Below are positions 8,774 to 19,500 of a DNA stretch of 64,000 bases, piece after piece. The notes beneath the pieces are model-generated. The model did no database searches and had not been told where the DNA came from. It was given only the letters and a program-made list of their open reading frames with translations. The translations under genes were made by a program, and so were the position numbers. Origin of the DNA: a virus (Duplodnaviria; Caudoviricetes); the IMG/VR virus record IMGVR_UViG_2974528200_000001, positions 1-64,000 of that record, one strand, 5' to 3'. The stretch's first letter is position 1. Each line of letters opens with the position of its first letter.

Positions 8774-9699
8774 TGGCGACCAACCCGCAGCAGTTTCTGA
8801 GGCTGGTTGACAGCTACAGCAGGCAGCGCCAGACCATCACGGACCGCCTCGAGGCCCAGGTCGACTCGATCTGGTCGAAGGTGGACCCGTACCGCGGCGG
8901 TGAGGTCAAGGAGTTTGTCGAGCAGGCCACGATGTTCACCACCGCAGCCCAGCAGCAGGTGATCTACCTCGCCACCGCAACCCAGCGGCAGGCATTGAAC
9001 CTCATGGGCGTCACCGACATGGACGACTACGTGCCGAACGTCCCAGACGAGGTTCGGATGTACTCCGATGCCGAGGTCTACGAGTTCGCGCGACCTGTCA
9101 CCCGCCGTACAGATCAGGGCCCTTCAAACCGTCTACCTGCAGATGAAGTGTTCAATCGGCCGGCCCGTCAATACCGCGCTTTGCGTAAAGAGGGCAAGTC
9201 CCATAAGGAATCACTTGACGCGACGCGAAATCGTGTCAAAGTTATTGTAGGAACCAATCTGGCTTTGGCTCAGCGTGAAGCTGAAACGCAGGTCATCCAG
9301 GCGTCGACCAAACGGTCGAAGTCCAAGAACAAGCCCATTGGTTATCGACGAATCATCCACCCCGAGCGTTCCAAGTCGGGGATCGTGTGCGGCCTCTGTG
9401 TCGCAGCTGCATCTCGCACCTACACGATCGAAGACCTTCAGCCGCTGCATGATCACTGCAACTGCACCGTTCTTCCTGTTACCGCGGGGATGGACCCCGG
9501 TCTCAATCTGAACGAACAGGACTTCAAGAACCTGTACGGCCCGGACGGCAAGACCGCGGCGGAATACCTACTCACTCTCAGCTACAAGGTCGAACAGCAC
9601 GGTGAACTCGGCCCCATTCTCGTTCCCGAGAAGGGTGCCGGCGGAATCATTCACTTCAACCAGAACAGCCCGACAGCCGAACAGGCAAAGGCTGCTTGA
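8773..9699 (+). CDS. MuF-like head morphogenesis / capsid maturation protein
   Basis: GYRR, CGLCVAA, PLHDHCNC motifs; position after portal. Confidence 0.75.
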   Translation: MATNPQQFLRLVDSYSRQRQTITDRLEAQVDSIWSKVDPYRGGEVKEFVEQATMFTTAAQQQVIYLATATQRQALNLMGVTDMDDYVPNVPDEVRMYSDAEVYEFARPVTRRTDQGPSNRLPADEVFNRPARQYRALRKEGKSHKESLDATRNRVKVIVGTNLALAQREAETQVIQASTKRSKSKNKPIGYRRIIHPERSKSGIVCGLCVAAASRTYTIEDLQPLHDHCNCTVLPVTAGMDPGLNLNEQDFKNLYGPDGKTAAEYLLTLSYKVEQHGELGPILVPEKGAGGIIHFNQNSPTAEQAKAA

Positions 9700-9760
9700 T
9701 CATCCGTTCTGTCAAGAGCGGTTCCATTCACAACTATCCCGACAGGGGAGTAACATCGCA

Positions 9761-10567
9761 ATGACTTCTTCGAATCTGCCCATTCATCCGGTCACCGGCC
9801 TTCGCGCCCTGGGAATCGGAAAGCGGGGGCCCATCTGGCCCGTCATCGGCGGCTCGGTCGACAGCGAGACCGGTGAGGTCACCTTCGGTGACGCCGACGA
9901 GAACGCGGACAGCCAGAACGAGGACGACGGCAACGGCGCTGGACCCGACGACGGTGATGCCAGCGAACCTCAGACCTCGAACGGCAAGGCCTTCGCGGTC
10001 GACGGTGAGGGCAACAGCCTCGGATACCCGGTGGACACTCCGGTCAAGGAGATGTCGGTCGAAGAGCAGATGAACTACTGGAAGCGCCAGTCGCGCAAGA
10101 AGGAAGATCAGCTCAAGAAGGCCAAGTCGCCCGACGAGATCGCGAAGCTCGAGCAGGAGCTCGCAGACCTCAAGGCGCAGAGCCAGACCGCCGACGAGAA
10201 GAAGCTCGAGGAAGCAGTCGCCGCCGCGCGCGCCGAGGGTGAGACGGAAGCCAAGAACTTCTACCTCCCGCTGCTGCACGAGACCCAGATCCGTGGTTAC
10301 GCCCACCCCTTCCTCAAGGAGGAGAAGGCGATCGACACCTGGCTTCAGGGCATTGCGATCGAGAACTTCGTTGACTCCGAGACTCAGATGATCGACGGAG
10401 AGAAGGTCAACTCCTACCTCAAGGCGATCTACGGAGAGCCCGGTAAGTCGACCACTTCGCCTCAGTTCCAGAACACCGGCCAGTTCCAGGGCCGGAAGAA
10501 GGAACGCGTCAACTACGCACAGCAGGGCGCGGAAATCGCCGCGCGCCGCTTCGGTACCTCCGACTAA
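9761..10567 (+). CDS. Scaffolding protein
   Basis: Acidic N-terminal half and coiled coil with YWK..SRK; upstream of capsid genes. Confidence 0.8.
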   Translation: MTSSNLPIHPVTGLRALGIGKRGPIWPVIGGSVDSETGEVTFGDADENADSQNEDDGNGAGPDDGDASEPQTSNGKAFAVDGEGNSLGYPVDTPVKEMSVEEQMNYWKRQSRKKEDQLKKAKSPDEIAKLEQELADLKAQSQTADEKKLEEAVAAARAEGETEAKNFYLPLLHETQIRGYAHPFLKEEKAIDTWLQGIAIENFVDSETQMIDGEKVNSYLKAIYGEPGKSTTSPQFQNTGQFQGRKKERVNYAQQGAEIAARRFGTSD

Positions 10568-10579
10568 GGACACACTCCT

Positions 10580-10981
10580 ATGACTTCCATCGCCCCTCGC
10601 GTCACCCGGCAGGTCTACTCGGACCACAAGGCATGGGTCTACGCAGACATCAGCCTCCAGCCCGGTCGCGCCTCGGTCACCCTCGACCTGAGCAAGTTCG
10701 TCAAGGGCACCCACTACCCGAAGGGCTTTGTGCCGTCGGGTATCCCGCTGGGCAAGATCACCGCCACCGGCCTGTACGGCCCCTACGACAACTCGGCCTC
10801 CGACGGTCGTGAGGTCTGCGCCGGCTTCCTGTGGGCCCACACCGACGACGTCGTCGATGCCAACGGCAAGACGACCGCCGCTCTCTGGTTCGGCCCCGGT
10901 GCCATCCAGGAGAACGAGCTGCCCGTGACCATCGACGCCAACGGCAAGACCGACCTCGCGTCCTGGTTCAAGTTCTTCTGA
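10580..10981 (+). CDS. Capsid decoration protein
   Basis: PSGIPLGK...YGPYD..A.DGR...AGFL pattern. Confidence 0.8.
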   Translation: MTSIAPRVTRQVYSDHKAWVYADISLQPGRASVTLDLSKFVKGTHYPKGFVPSGIPLGKITATGLYGPYDNSASDGREVCAGFLWAHTDDVVDANGKTTAALWFGPGAIQENELPVTIDANGKTDLASWFKFF

Positions 10982-11027
10982 TCCGGCCTACGACCGCGTC
11001 TAACCTCTACTTAGGAAGTAGCAACCA

Positions 11028-12071
11028 ATGACCAACATCCTCAACGCCCCGGTTCACCCGGATGCGGCCACCGCGTTCGTCCGCCGGGTTCCCGAGCCCT
11101 CGGGCAACACCCTCTCCCAGTTCCTCCCGGACAAGACCATCCAGGACACCCGAGTCGAGGTCACCGACGTCGAACTGACCAGCTCGACGGCCCCCTACCG
11201 GTCGTACGACGGCAACATCCCGCGGATCAAGCGTGACGGCTTCCAGGTCCGCCAGGTCGAGATGCTGCCGATGAGCCTCCAGGGCGGCAAGGGCGAATTC
11301 GAGCGCCTGCAGCTCGAAAAGGTCCGCCAGACCGGTGGTTCCGACGCCGCGATCGTCGAGGCGATCTACAACGACCTCGAGAAGATCGTCCTGAACATCC
11401 GCAACGCCCTCGAGGTGTACCGAGGCAAGCTGCTCTCGACCGGTCGTGTGACCGTCGCCGAGAACGGCGTCTTCACCGAGGCCGACTTCGGTGTCCCGGC
11501 AGAGCACTTCGTGGGCTCGGACGTCGCCTGGACCGACGTCGAGAACGCCCGCCCGATCACCGACCTGATCGCCTGGTCGGAGGTCTACGCGAACTCCTAC
11601 GGTCAGCCCGCCGGCGGAATGATCGTCTCGCGCAAGACCATGGGTCTGCTGCGCGCCAACAAGGAGATCCGTGCCGCCGCGGGCCTCACCAACGCCGACG
11701 GTCCGGCCTTCGTGTCGAACCAGGTCGTCAACGCTGCTCTCGCCGCGTTCGACCTGCCTCCGGTCGTGGCTGTCTACGACCAGGTCATCAACGGCCAGCG
11801 CGTGATTCCCGAGGGCAAGGTCATCTTCGTCCCGGCCAACGCTGCCGACCTGGGCAACACCTACTGGGGTGTCTCGGCCACCGCGCTCGAGCTGCTCAAC
11901 GCAGCCCAGACCGACATGTCGTTCTCGGACGCACCGGGTCTGGTCGGCGTCGTGATCAAGAGCGGCCCGCCCTTCCAGGAGGCCGCGCTGGTCGACTCGA
12001 TCAACCTGCCGATCCTCAACAACCCCAAGGCCCTGCTCGTCGCTGACGTCACCGTCAACGCTGGCTCCTGA
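11028..12071 (+). CDS. Major capsid protein
   Basis: 347 aa, strong codon bias, follows decoration gene. Confidence 0.88.
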   Translation: MTNILNAPVHPDAATAFVRRVPEPSGNTLSQFLPDKTIQDTRVEVTDVELTSSTAPYRSYDGNIPRIKRDGFQVRQVEMLPMSLQGGKGEFERLQLEKVRQTGGSDAAIVEAIYNDLEKIVLNIRNALEVYRGKLLSTGRVTVAENGVFTEADFGVPAEHFVGSDVAWTDVENARPITDLIAWSEVYANSYGQPAGGMIVSRKTMGLLRANKEIRAAAGLTNADGPAFVSNQVVNAALAAFDLPPVVAVYDQVINGQRVIPEGKVIFVPANAADLGNTYWGVSATALELLNAAQTDMSFSDAPGLVGVVIKSGPPFQEAALVDSINLPILNNPKALLVADVTVNAGS

Positions 12072-12078
12072 GCCTTGT

Positions 12079-12114
12079 AGCCACCCAGGGCTCCGTTGCG
12101 AGCCCTGGGTGGCT
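12079..12114 (+). terminator. Hairpin after major capsid gene
   Basis: agccacccagggctc/gagccctgggtggct; no U-tract. Confidence 0.55.
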
Positions 12115-12146
12115 CCACACCACCCACAGGGGAGAACAGAAAGCAC

Positions 12147-12392
12147 ATGGCGAATCTGAGACTGAGCGTCTACGTCAAGGGCGCAAATGGACAGACCGGC
12201 TGGGTCCGACCGGGTGAAGAGATCCCCGACTGGGCCTACGCCGTCGTTTCGAAGAACCCGAGCCTCTGGGATGGCCCGATCGAGCCGCCCAAGGTCGCCG
12301 AGGACGCGCCGAAGCTGCCGGAACCGGAGCCGACGCCGACCACCACCAAGCCCAAGCGCACCACGCGGAAGGCCGCACCCAAGGAGTCCTGA
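12147..12392 (+). CDS. Small virion-region hypothetical protein
   Basis: ATG at 12147; PGEEIPDWA motif, Pro/Lys-rich tail. Confidence 0.7.
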   Translation: MANLRLSVYVKGANGQTGWVRPGEEIPDWAYAVVSKNPSLWDGPIEPPKVAEDAPKLPEPEPTPTTTKPKRTTRKAAPKES

Positions 12393-12775
12393 TGGCGATC
12401 TACGTCGAGGCAGAAGACGTTCAGAAGCGATACCTGAACGGCACCCTGCCTGGGGACTGGGTCGAACAGCAGATCGACGACGCCGAGGACATCCTTTTCG
12501 AGTTCTTCCCTCGGCTGGAAACGTCGGCCACCGACAAAGAGGTCAAGCGCATCAAACGCGTTGTGGCATCGGCAGTTATCCGGTACTACAACAACCCCCG
12601 CGGCATCGTCCGTGAGCGCATCGAGGAGCAGGAAGTCCAGCTCCGCGACGCCGGCGAGGACGAGTCCGGGCTCTACTTCACCAAGAAGGAACTCGACGGC
12701 TTCCGGTCGTCCCGGAAGCGTGTCGGCATGCTGGGCGTCGACCCGGCCCCGTTTGCAGGACGTGATCAGACGTAA
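12392..12775 (+). CDS. Head-to-tail adaptor
   Basis: VV..AV.R...NP.G motif and position. Confidence 0.75.
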   Translation: MAIYVEAEDVQKRYLNGTLPGDWVEQQIDDAEDILFEFFPRLETSATDKEVKRIKRVVASAVIRYYNNPRGIVRERIEEQEVQLRDAGEDESGLYFTKKELDGFRSSRKRVGMLGVDPAPFAGRDQT

Positions 12776-13119
12776 TGGGCGAAGAGATCGAGATCTACCG
12801 CCAGACAACGACTGGCCGGGTCAAGCACGGCGGACACGCCAAGGGGGAGCGCGAGCGCGACTACTCCCACACGATCGATGACGTCGTCATCAGCTACGAC
12901 GACACCGAGACCGAAGAGGCCGGTGAACGTCTACGTGACGCGCGCACCATGCGCGTGAAGATCTGGGTCACCCGAGGCTCTGACATCTTGGCCCAGGACC
13001 GCATCAAACTCCCAGACGGGCTGTTCTACCGCATCGACGGGAAGCCTCTGCAGCGCAAGTCTGGGCTCACCGGAAACATCGCTCGCACCAAGATCCTGCT
13101 GATTCGCACGGAGGGCTAA
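12775..13119 (+). CDS. Head-to-tail stopper
   Basis: DI...DRI.LPDG..Y.IDG.P motif and synteny. Confidence 0.7.
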   Translation: MGEEIEIYRQTTTGRVKHGGHAKGERERDYSHTIDDVVISYDDTETEEAGERLRDARTMRVKIWVTRGSDILAQDRIKLPDGLFYRIDGKPLQRKSGLTGNIARTKILLIRTEG

Positions 13120-13121
13120 GA

Positions 13122-13568
13122 ATGGCTCGACCACGTCCTGTTCGTGTGGATTTCGAGGAGAACGAGCTCTACATTTCAAATGCCTTGAAGAGCCTCCCAA
13201 TCAAGCGCATGCTTAATGAGAAGGTTGAGCTCGGTAAGCAGCTCTATTCCAAGAGGGTCGTAAAGGGCAAGCGGCATCGCGCCGGCCAGCCGCGGAACTA
13301 CCGGAGTATTTCCGGGAAAATGCGGATCGGCGGCGACCACAAAGACCGATGGGCCGGTGAAATCGCAACCACTGCACGTCATGGTCTGCCCCGAGAATTC
13401 GGTGCGGCAGCGGACATCAAACGCGGTGGCGGATACACCAAGGCCGTTGCCAAGCGTTACGAACGAAGCGTCAGAGGTCGAGCAAAACAGCGTGGAAGAG
13501 CTGAGCACGTCCTGGGTGGTGACAGCCGCCGTAGGACCAGCATCGTGAAGACCTTGGAGGTACGGTGA
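13122..13568 (+). CDS. Basic neck/tail completion protein
   Basis: Synteny; H..PREFG motif. Confidence 0.55.
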   Translation: MARPRPVRVDFEENELYISNALKSLPIKRMLNEKVELGKQLYSKRVVKGKRHRAGQPRNYRSISGKMRIGGDHKDRWAGEIATTARHGLPREFGAAADIKRGGGYTKAVAKRYERSVRGRAKQRGRAEHVLGGDSRRRTSIVKTLEVR

Positions 13569-14029
13569 CCCCGGACGACATCGACGCAGAGCTCCTGTAC
13601 TTGGAGTATCTGAGCGACCTGGGATACACCGACACCGCCATCCCCGAGTGGAACGACTTCGCCGCGGCTGAGGCCAACGGCGAGTACTTCGCCGGCTGGG
13701 AAGACATCCTCCCGATCATCGTGGTCAACCGCCTGCCTGCAGGTGGTGTCGACGACGAGGGACTGACCGACGAGGCCATGATGGCCATCGTCTGCATCGG
13801 TCGAGATCGCAAGGAAGCCTGGGACACTCACCGCAAGGTGCAGAAGAAGGTCCTCAACGGCGGCAACCCCTACGAGATCATCCAGAAGAACGAAGACGGA
13901 GACGTTCTCGGCACCGTCCTCATCGAGCCCACCAAGGCAGTTGAGGCCGGATCGCTCGAGCCAGACTTCGACCCCGACAACAGGTTTGTCGAGGCGACGT
14001 ACTGGGTGCCGGTCTCCCTTCGTTTCTAA
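13565..14029 (+). CDS. Tail terminator
   Basis: LP.I.V.R..GG motif; upstream of major tail gene. Confidence 0.65.
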   Translation: MTPDDIDAELLYLEYLSDLGYTDTAIPEWNDFAAAEANGEYFAGWEDILPIIVVNRLPAGGVDDEGLTDEAMMAIVCIGRDRKEAWDTHRKVQKKVLNGGNPYEIIQKNEDGDVLGTVLIEPTKAVEAGSLEPDFDPDNRFVEATYWVPVSLRF

Positions 14030-14475
14030 TGGCTACAGCAACAGTTAGAACCTGTCAGCAGTGCTCCGCGAAGTTCTCTCGGACCTCGCGTTCTCAGAGC
14101 CTGCAGCTCTGCCAAGACTGTGACGGCGTCTACGCACGCTGCATTCGCTGCGGTGAATTCAAGTCCACGGACCTGTTCAACGCACACAAGTCGCGCCGAA
14201 ATGGCATCGACAACAAATGCAGGGAATGTGACGCCGACCGCAAGCTGCGTGAGCGATACGGAATATCTCTCGCAGAATACAAAGACCTGCTCGACGAGCA
14301 AGACGGCAAATGCGCAATCTGCCACACCGTCGCGAAACTGCACGTCGATCACTGTCACGTCACTGGAAAGAAGCGGGGACTCCTCTGCTCCCAGTGCAAC
14401 ACGGCAATCGGACTTCTCAAAGAGGACTTGAATCTCCTCTCTCGAGCTGCCGAGTACCTCGAACTTCACCACTGA
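14029..14475 (+). CDS. Endonuclease VII-like (His-Me) endonuclease
   Basis: YGIS..EY..L..EQ.GKCAIC...LHVDHCH.TG..RGLLC.QCN.AIG. Confidence 0.88.
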   Translation: MATATVRTCQQCSAKFSRTSRSQSLQLCQDCDGVYARCIRCGEFKSTDLFNAHKSRRNGIDNKCRECDADRKLRERYGISLAEYKDLLDEQDGKCAICHTVAKLHVDHCHVTGKKRGLLCSQCNTAIGLLKEDLNLLSRAAEYLELHH

Positions 14476-14523
14476 GGTTCGCGGCACCACACCATCTTCC
14501 ATCAATTGCTTAGGAGAGCAATA

Positions 14524-15189
14524 ATGGCCACTCTCTCGGACATTCAGGGCATTCGTAAGGCACTGATCCGCAAGCCCCTGGCTGGCGGCATCCTCTTTGC
14601 CCCCAAGTCGGCTGCGAGCCCGACCAGCTGGACGACCTTCACCGCAGGTCCGCCGGCGACCATCACCTTCAACAAGCCGACCGGCTTCGAGCCCCTCGGT
14701 GCGATCTCGAAGGAGAACCCGCCGACCTTCACCCCGGAGACCGAGGTCTCGGACGTGGAGACCTGGGGTCTGCTCGAGGCGTCGCGTACCGACATCATCT
14801 CGCGCAACACCACGGTGAACTTCGTGGCGCAGGAGACGAACCGCAAGGTTCTCGAGCTGTACCACAACGCTGACTACAGCAACGTCACCCCGGATGCGCA
14901 GACCGGCGAGGTTCAGTTCGCCGATCCGACCGCACCGGACGTGATCTACCACCGCGCCGCGTTCGTCACCGTTGACGGCCAGGGCGACCGTGCTATCTAC
15001 ATCATCAAGTACTGCCCGAACTTCATCATCACCGAGGTCGGCGAGCAGTCGTGGTCGCAGGATGGCGCGATCGACTACAACATCACCGGTCGCGCGAAGG
15101 TCGACGAAGACGCCGGCTACGCCGTCAAGACCATCATCTGCGGTCCGGGCTGGAAGGCCCTCGAGGCCGAACACGGCTTCGGCTCCTGA
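14524..15189 (+). CDS. Major tail protein
   Basis: ATG after AGGAG; VETWG..EASR.DI; synteny. Confidence 0.85.
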   Translation: MATLSDIQGIRKALIRKPLAGGILFAPKSAASPTSWTTFTAGPPATITFNKPTGFEPLGAISKENPPTFTPETEVSDVETWGLLEASRTDIISRNTTVNFVAQETNRKVLELYHNADYSNVTPDAQTGEVQFADPTAPDVIYHRAAFVTVDGQGDRAIYIIKYCPNFIITEVGEQSWSQDGAIDYNITGRAKVDEDAGYAVKTIICGPGWKALEAEHGFGS

Positions 15190-15212
15190 TCGCGGGCCTT
15201 CGGGCCCATAGT

Positions 15213-15256
15213 CGTTGCCCCGCTGCTGAATTCTCCCCGGCAGCAGCGGGGCAACG
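15213..15256 (+). terminator. Hairpin after major tail gene
   Basis: cgttgccccgctgctg/cagcagcggggcaacg, 16-bp stem. Confidence 0.55.
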
Positions 15257-15296
15257 TACACAACACCATTCCGGGGAATCACAGGAGATCACATCC

Positions 15297-15503
15297 ATGG
15301 CGAAGTTCGAGCGCAAGCTCATGGTCAACAACGCCGGCAGTGGCGTGTGGGTCGACAACGCAATCGACTACCACAACCTCATCGCACGCGGCTACGGCGA
15401 GCAGGAGCAGGTGTCCAGCAACAGCGGCACCGCACCGAAGCTGCCCGAGCCCAAGCCGGTCGAGATCCCGGCGCGCACTGACGTCAAGTCGACCAAGAAG
15501 TAA
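15297..15503 (+). CDS. Small hypothetical protein
   Basis: ATG after AGGAG; MAKFERKLMV... Confidence 0.65.
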   Translation: MAKFERKLMVNNAGSGVWVDNAIDYHNLIARGYGEQEQVSSNSGTAPKLPEPKPVEIPARTDVKSTKK

Positions 15504-15536
15504 CCACCACACCAATTCTCACAGGGGAGAACAACA

Positions 15537-16001
15537 ATGAGTGACGAAGCCAAGGCAACCGAAGCCACCGAAGCCACCGAGGAGGCCGTCGAAGCCGCCG
15601 CCGAGGGTACCGAGGAGAAGAAGGAAGAGAAGCCGTCGCGCTTCTGGACCCTCTTCGACGAGGCGATGGGGGAGTACGTCCCCAAGGAGCCGTACCCGTT
15701 CGACGGTTTCGGCGTCGACAACATCATCCCGATCCCGGCCCCGGACACCGCGGACCGTGCCCTCGCGATCGTCAATCTGTGTGACCTCGAAGGCGATGTC
15801 GACGTCAAGGACGTGCAGCCCTACATGAAGGCACTGCTCGGCGACACTGCCTACGAGGTCATCTGGCCGAAGTTCATCGGACCGTTCCCGGTCGTCGTCG
15901 CCCTCCGGTTCGCCCAGGAGCTCACCGAATACTTCTTCGGTGGTCAGCTCGAGGCGATCCGCGCAGCCGCGGCGCGTGTGCCGGGGGGTTCGTCGGCCTA
16001 G
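15537..16001 (+). CDS. Tail assembly chaperone (G)
   Basis: Upstream of tape measure; ends near slippery GGGGGGT. Confidence 0.8.
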   Translation: MSDEAKATEATEATEEAVEAAAEGTEEKKEEKPSRFWTLFDEAMGEYVPKEPYPFDGFGVDNIIPIPAPDTADRALAIVNLCDLEGDVDVKDVQPYMKALLGDTAYEVIWPKFIGPFPVVVALRFAQELTEYFFGGQLEAIRAAAARVPGGSSA

Positions 16002-16510
16002 TCGAGATCATCGAGGCCTACGGCTGGGCCATCGAGGGCGATCTCATGGATCGCGGATTCACTCTCCACGAGTACATTCGTGGAGATCGCCCTTGGCCTC
16101 AGCTCATCCGGTTTCTGACCGGCCTTCCCGGTGAATCCCGCTACAAGTCAGCGATTTACACCAATGAGCAGCTCGCTGAAGAGCTGGTCAAGGCACAGAG
16201 ACTGATTGAGCAAATCGAGCGTGATCGCATGCTCGAGAGCGGTATCGCGCCCCCAGAAGAGGAGGAGGGCGAGGATCCGCGTACCACCCCTTCATCGTTC
16301 TTCGGCTGGACACGCGAGGCAGACCTGCTCGCGCAGCTGAACGACAACATCAAGGTTCTCACCTCCACCCTCATCGGCGTCAATCAGCCCAAGGGTAAAC
16401 GTCCCCCCAAGGTCCGCCCAACACCGCGGCCCGTTTCGGCTATCGAGGCCGTCAAACGTCGAATCGAACGCGAAGAAGCCAAGCAAGTCATGAAGGAGCT
16501 TGGCTTCTAG
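15537..16510 (+). CDS. Tail assembly chaperone GT via -1 frameshift at 15983-15989
   Basis: -1 frame is open from G GGG GGT through ORF 16046..16510. Confidence 0.75.
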
Positions 16511-16532
16511 TCTCACGCAAGGAGTCTCACTG

Positions 16533-19500
16533 GTGGCAATCAACAAGCGCTATCAGGCTGGCACCGCTTGGATCAAGGTTGCCCCGGACTTCCGTGGGTG
16601 GACAAAGGATCTGGCCAACCAGGTCGAAAAATCTTCAGAAAAGCTCACAGCCCGTGTGGAACTGGAAACCAGTGACGCACGGGCTAGTCTGCGTGAGTTT
16701 GAGCGCCAGAACGCCAAGATCCTCGCCGAGGTAGGACTCGACAAGTCGAGTCTAGCCAAGGTTCGCGCCGAGCTTGCTGGTCTACACGACCACAAGCGCA
16801 AGGTGATGATCCGCACCGAACTCGACAACACCGACGTTCGCCGGAAGCTGCACGAGATCGGCACCGAGAAGGCGATTCAGTTCGCTACACAGGCCGACAT
16901 CAAGCTGAACCCAAAGTCGGTCACCAAGAACTTCGATCGCATCCAGAAGGACTTCGCCGAGAAGACCTCTGCCGGCTTCAAGGTCGACTCGAAGGCGATG
17001 GCCGATTCGCTCGAGTCCGCCCTCAAGCTCGACAAGACCCAGAACGACATCGCCAAGGTCCGCAAGGAACTCAAGGCCCTCAACAAGGTTGAGGACGAGT
17101 ACGAGAAGAAGCGCCAGGCCTACGGTCGCGGAGACATCAAGGACTGGGATGAGGCGGTTCGCCTCGCCGAGACCTACCAGGACCACCAGAAGCAAATCGG
17201 TGCTGCACAGAAGCGGCTCAACAAGTACACCCGGTCGCAGCGTGAGCTCCAGAAGAAGCTGAACAAGGACCTCGAGGTCACCCGCGAGCTCAGCAACCTC
17301 AACGGCAAGGGCCTCGACACGGCTGGTGCCGACTCTGAGCACCGCAAGATGGTCCAGCAGATGGCCGATCGGCGCGAGGCTATCGCCGACACCGAGAAGC
17401 GTCTGGCGCGATACACCAAGAAGCAGAAGGAATTCCAGGACCAGCTCGCCCGGTACCAGCGCAACGAGATCAGCTTCGACGACGTCGAGAAGCTCGGCGA
17501 CGCCTGGGAGAAGAACGAGAAGCGCATCGCCAAGGCGCGCGAACGCCTGACCCAGTACAACGCGGCGCAGATCCTCACCCAGAAGCGGATCAACGACGAC
17601 CTCAAGCAAGCCGAGGCGATGCAGGCGCGGACGGCAGAAGCCGACCGCAACCGTCGTCCCACCCTGCAGTCCAGCGACGGCGACAAGGGTCGGGTTATCG
17701 ACCGTCTGCGCACCGGAGTTGGTAACACCAAGGTTGCCAACAGCAAGCTCGAGGAAGACATTGTCGCACTGCGCAATGCGACTCAGAGCGCCCGACAGCT
17801 TGACTCGGCCGTCCATACACTGGAGACCTCCCACCTCAACCTCAGCAAGGCTGAGCGTGAGGTCATTGCCTCGGAGATGGAGATCAACAACCTCCGCTCC
17901 AAGGGCAACATCTCGAGCGAGAACGCACAGCGCGCACTCGAGCGCCACACCCGCGCCCTGCATGCTTACACCCAGACCGAGCGCCAGACCATCAAGGCCA
18001 GCCAGGCTGTCGCACTCCTGCGTGACAACTACAACCGCTTCGCCACGAAGGTCCAAGAGCGCATCAACCTGAACCCGATCCGACGGTTCGGCGACACCCT
18101 CGACAACAACATCGCCCGCCAGTTCTCCAAGCTGGGCGACCGACTCCTGTTCACCGGTCGACTCATTTCGTCGATCGGTTCTATCGGCATGGCTTCGGCT
18201 GTTGGTCTCGCCGCTCTCGCCGCGGTCAACATGGCACCCGCGATCGGTTCGCTGTCGCAGATGGTCGGCGTCCTGGGGCTCATCCCCGGCCTGGCCGCTT
18301 CTGCTGGCGCTGCTCTGGCGGCGATCAGTATCGGCGTGTCCGGTATCGGCGGTGCCTTCAAGGCCGCAAACAAGCTCTCCGAGGCAGTTGGCACGGGCAA
18401 CAACTCGGGCGCAGGTTCCCGCGCCGCCCGCAGCGCCCAGCGTGATCTCGAGAAGGCCAACAAGGCTGCGGCCAAGACCGCGGTCCAGGGTGCGCGATCG
18501 ATCGCTGACGCCGAGAAGGGCATCCAGCGCGCGCAGAAGGCGTCGGTGGACGCCCAGAAGAACCTCACCAAGGCACGCAAGGAAGCTCAGCGCCAGAACG
18601 AGGAGCTCAAGGAATCCATCCGCGATATGGCGATGGAGGAAGAGGACGCCGCACTCTCGGTCGAGGAAGCACGTCAGCGCCTCGGCGAAGTGCTGCGCGA
18701 CCCGGAATCCACCGCGACCGAGCGCAAGCGCGCCGACCTGAGCTACCGCCAGGCACTCGAGCAGCAGCGCGACCTGCGCCGCGAGCACGGCAAGACCAAG
18801 GAAGAGTTCGCCGACGCCCAGCGCAAGGGCGTCGAGGGCTCCGACGCTGTTGTTGACGCCCAGGAGCAGGTCAAGGAAGCCGCCGAGGGTGTCATCGAGG
18901 CCCAGGAAAGCCTCGTCCAGGCACAGCAGGACGCCGCTGACGCCAACGCGGAGGCGATGGAACGCGTCACCGAGGCCCAGGAAAACCTGGCAGTCGCACT
19001 CAACGGCGGCGCGGGTAACGCTGACGCCGCGGCCAAGGCTGCTGAGGAGTACCGCAAGGAACTCGACAAGCTCGCCCCCAGTGCGCGCGGCTTCGTCGAA
19101 TACATCTACGGCATGAAGGACTCGTGGGACGAACTGCGTAAGTCCGTGCAGCAGAAGCTGTTCAGCGGACTCGTGGACGACATCGAGGTCCTGCGCGTTC
19201 GTGGATTCAACGTGCTCAAGGGTGGCCTGACCGACATCGCCGCCGGCCTGAACCAGGGTGAGCGCCACTTCCTGACCTACCTGTCCACCGCACGCGGCAT
19301 GGGCAACCTCGACGGCATCCTGCAGAACACCGCGAGCTCCGCGGGCTCGTTCTCGCGCGCCCTGTCCAACGGCCTGCAGGCTCTGCTGAGCATGTCCGAG
19401 GTTGGTACCGAGTTCATGCCCTGGTTCGGTCGCTCGCTCGAGGACACCACCCGCAAGTGGCGGACCATGGCCGAGAACGCCCAGGACACCGGGACGATGG

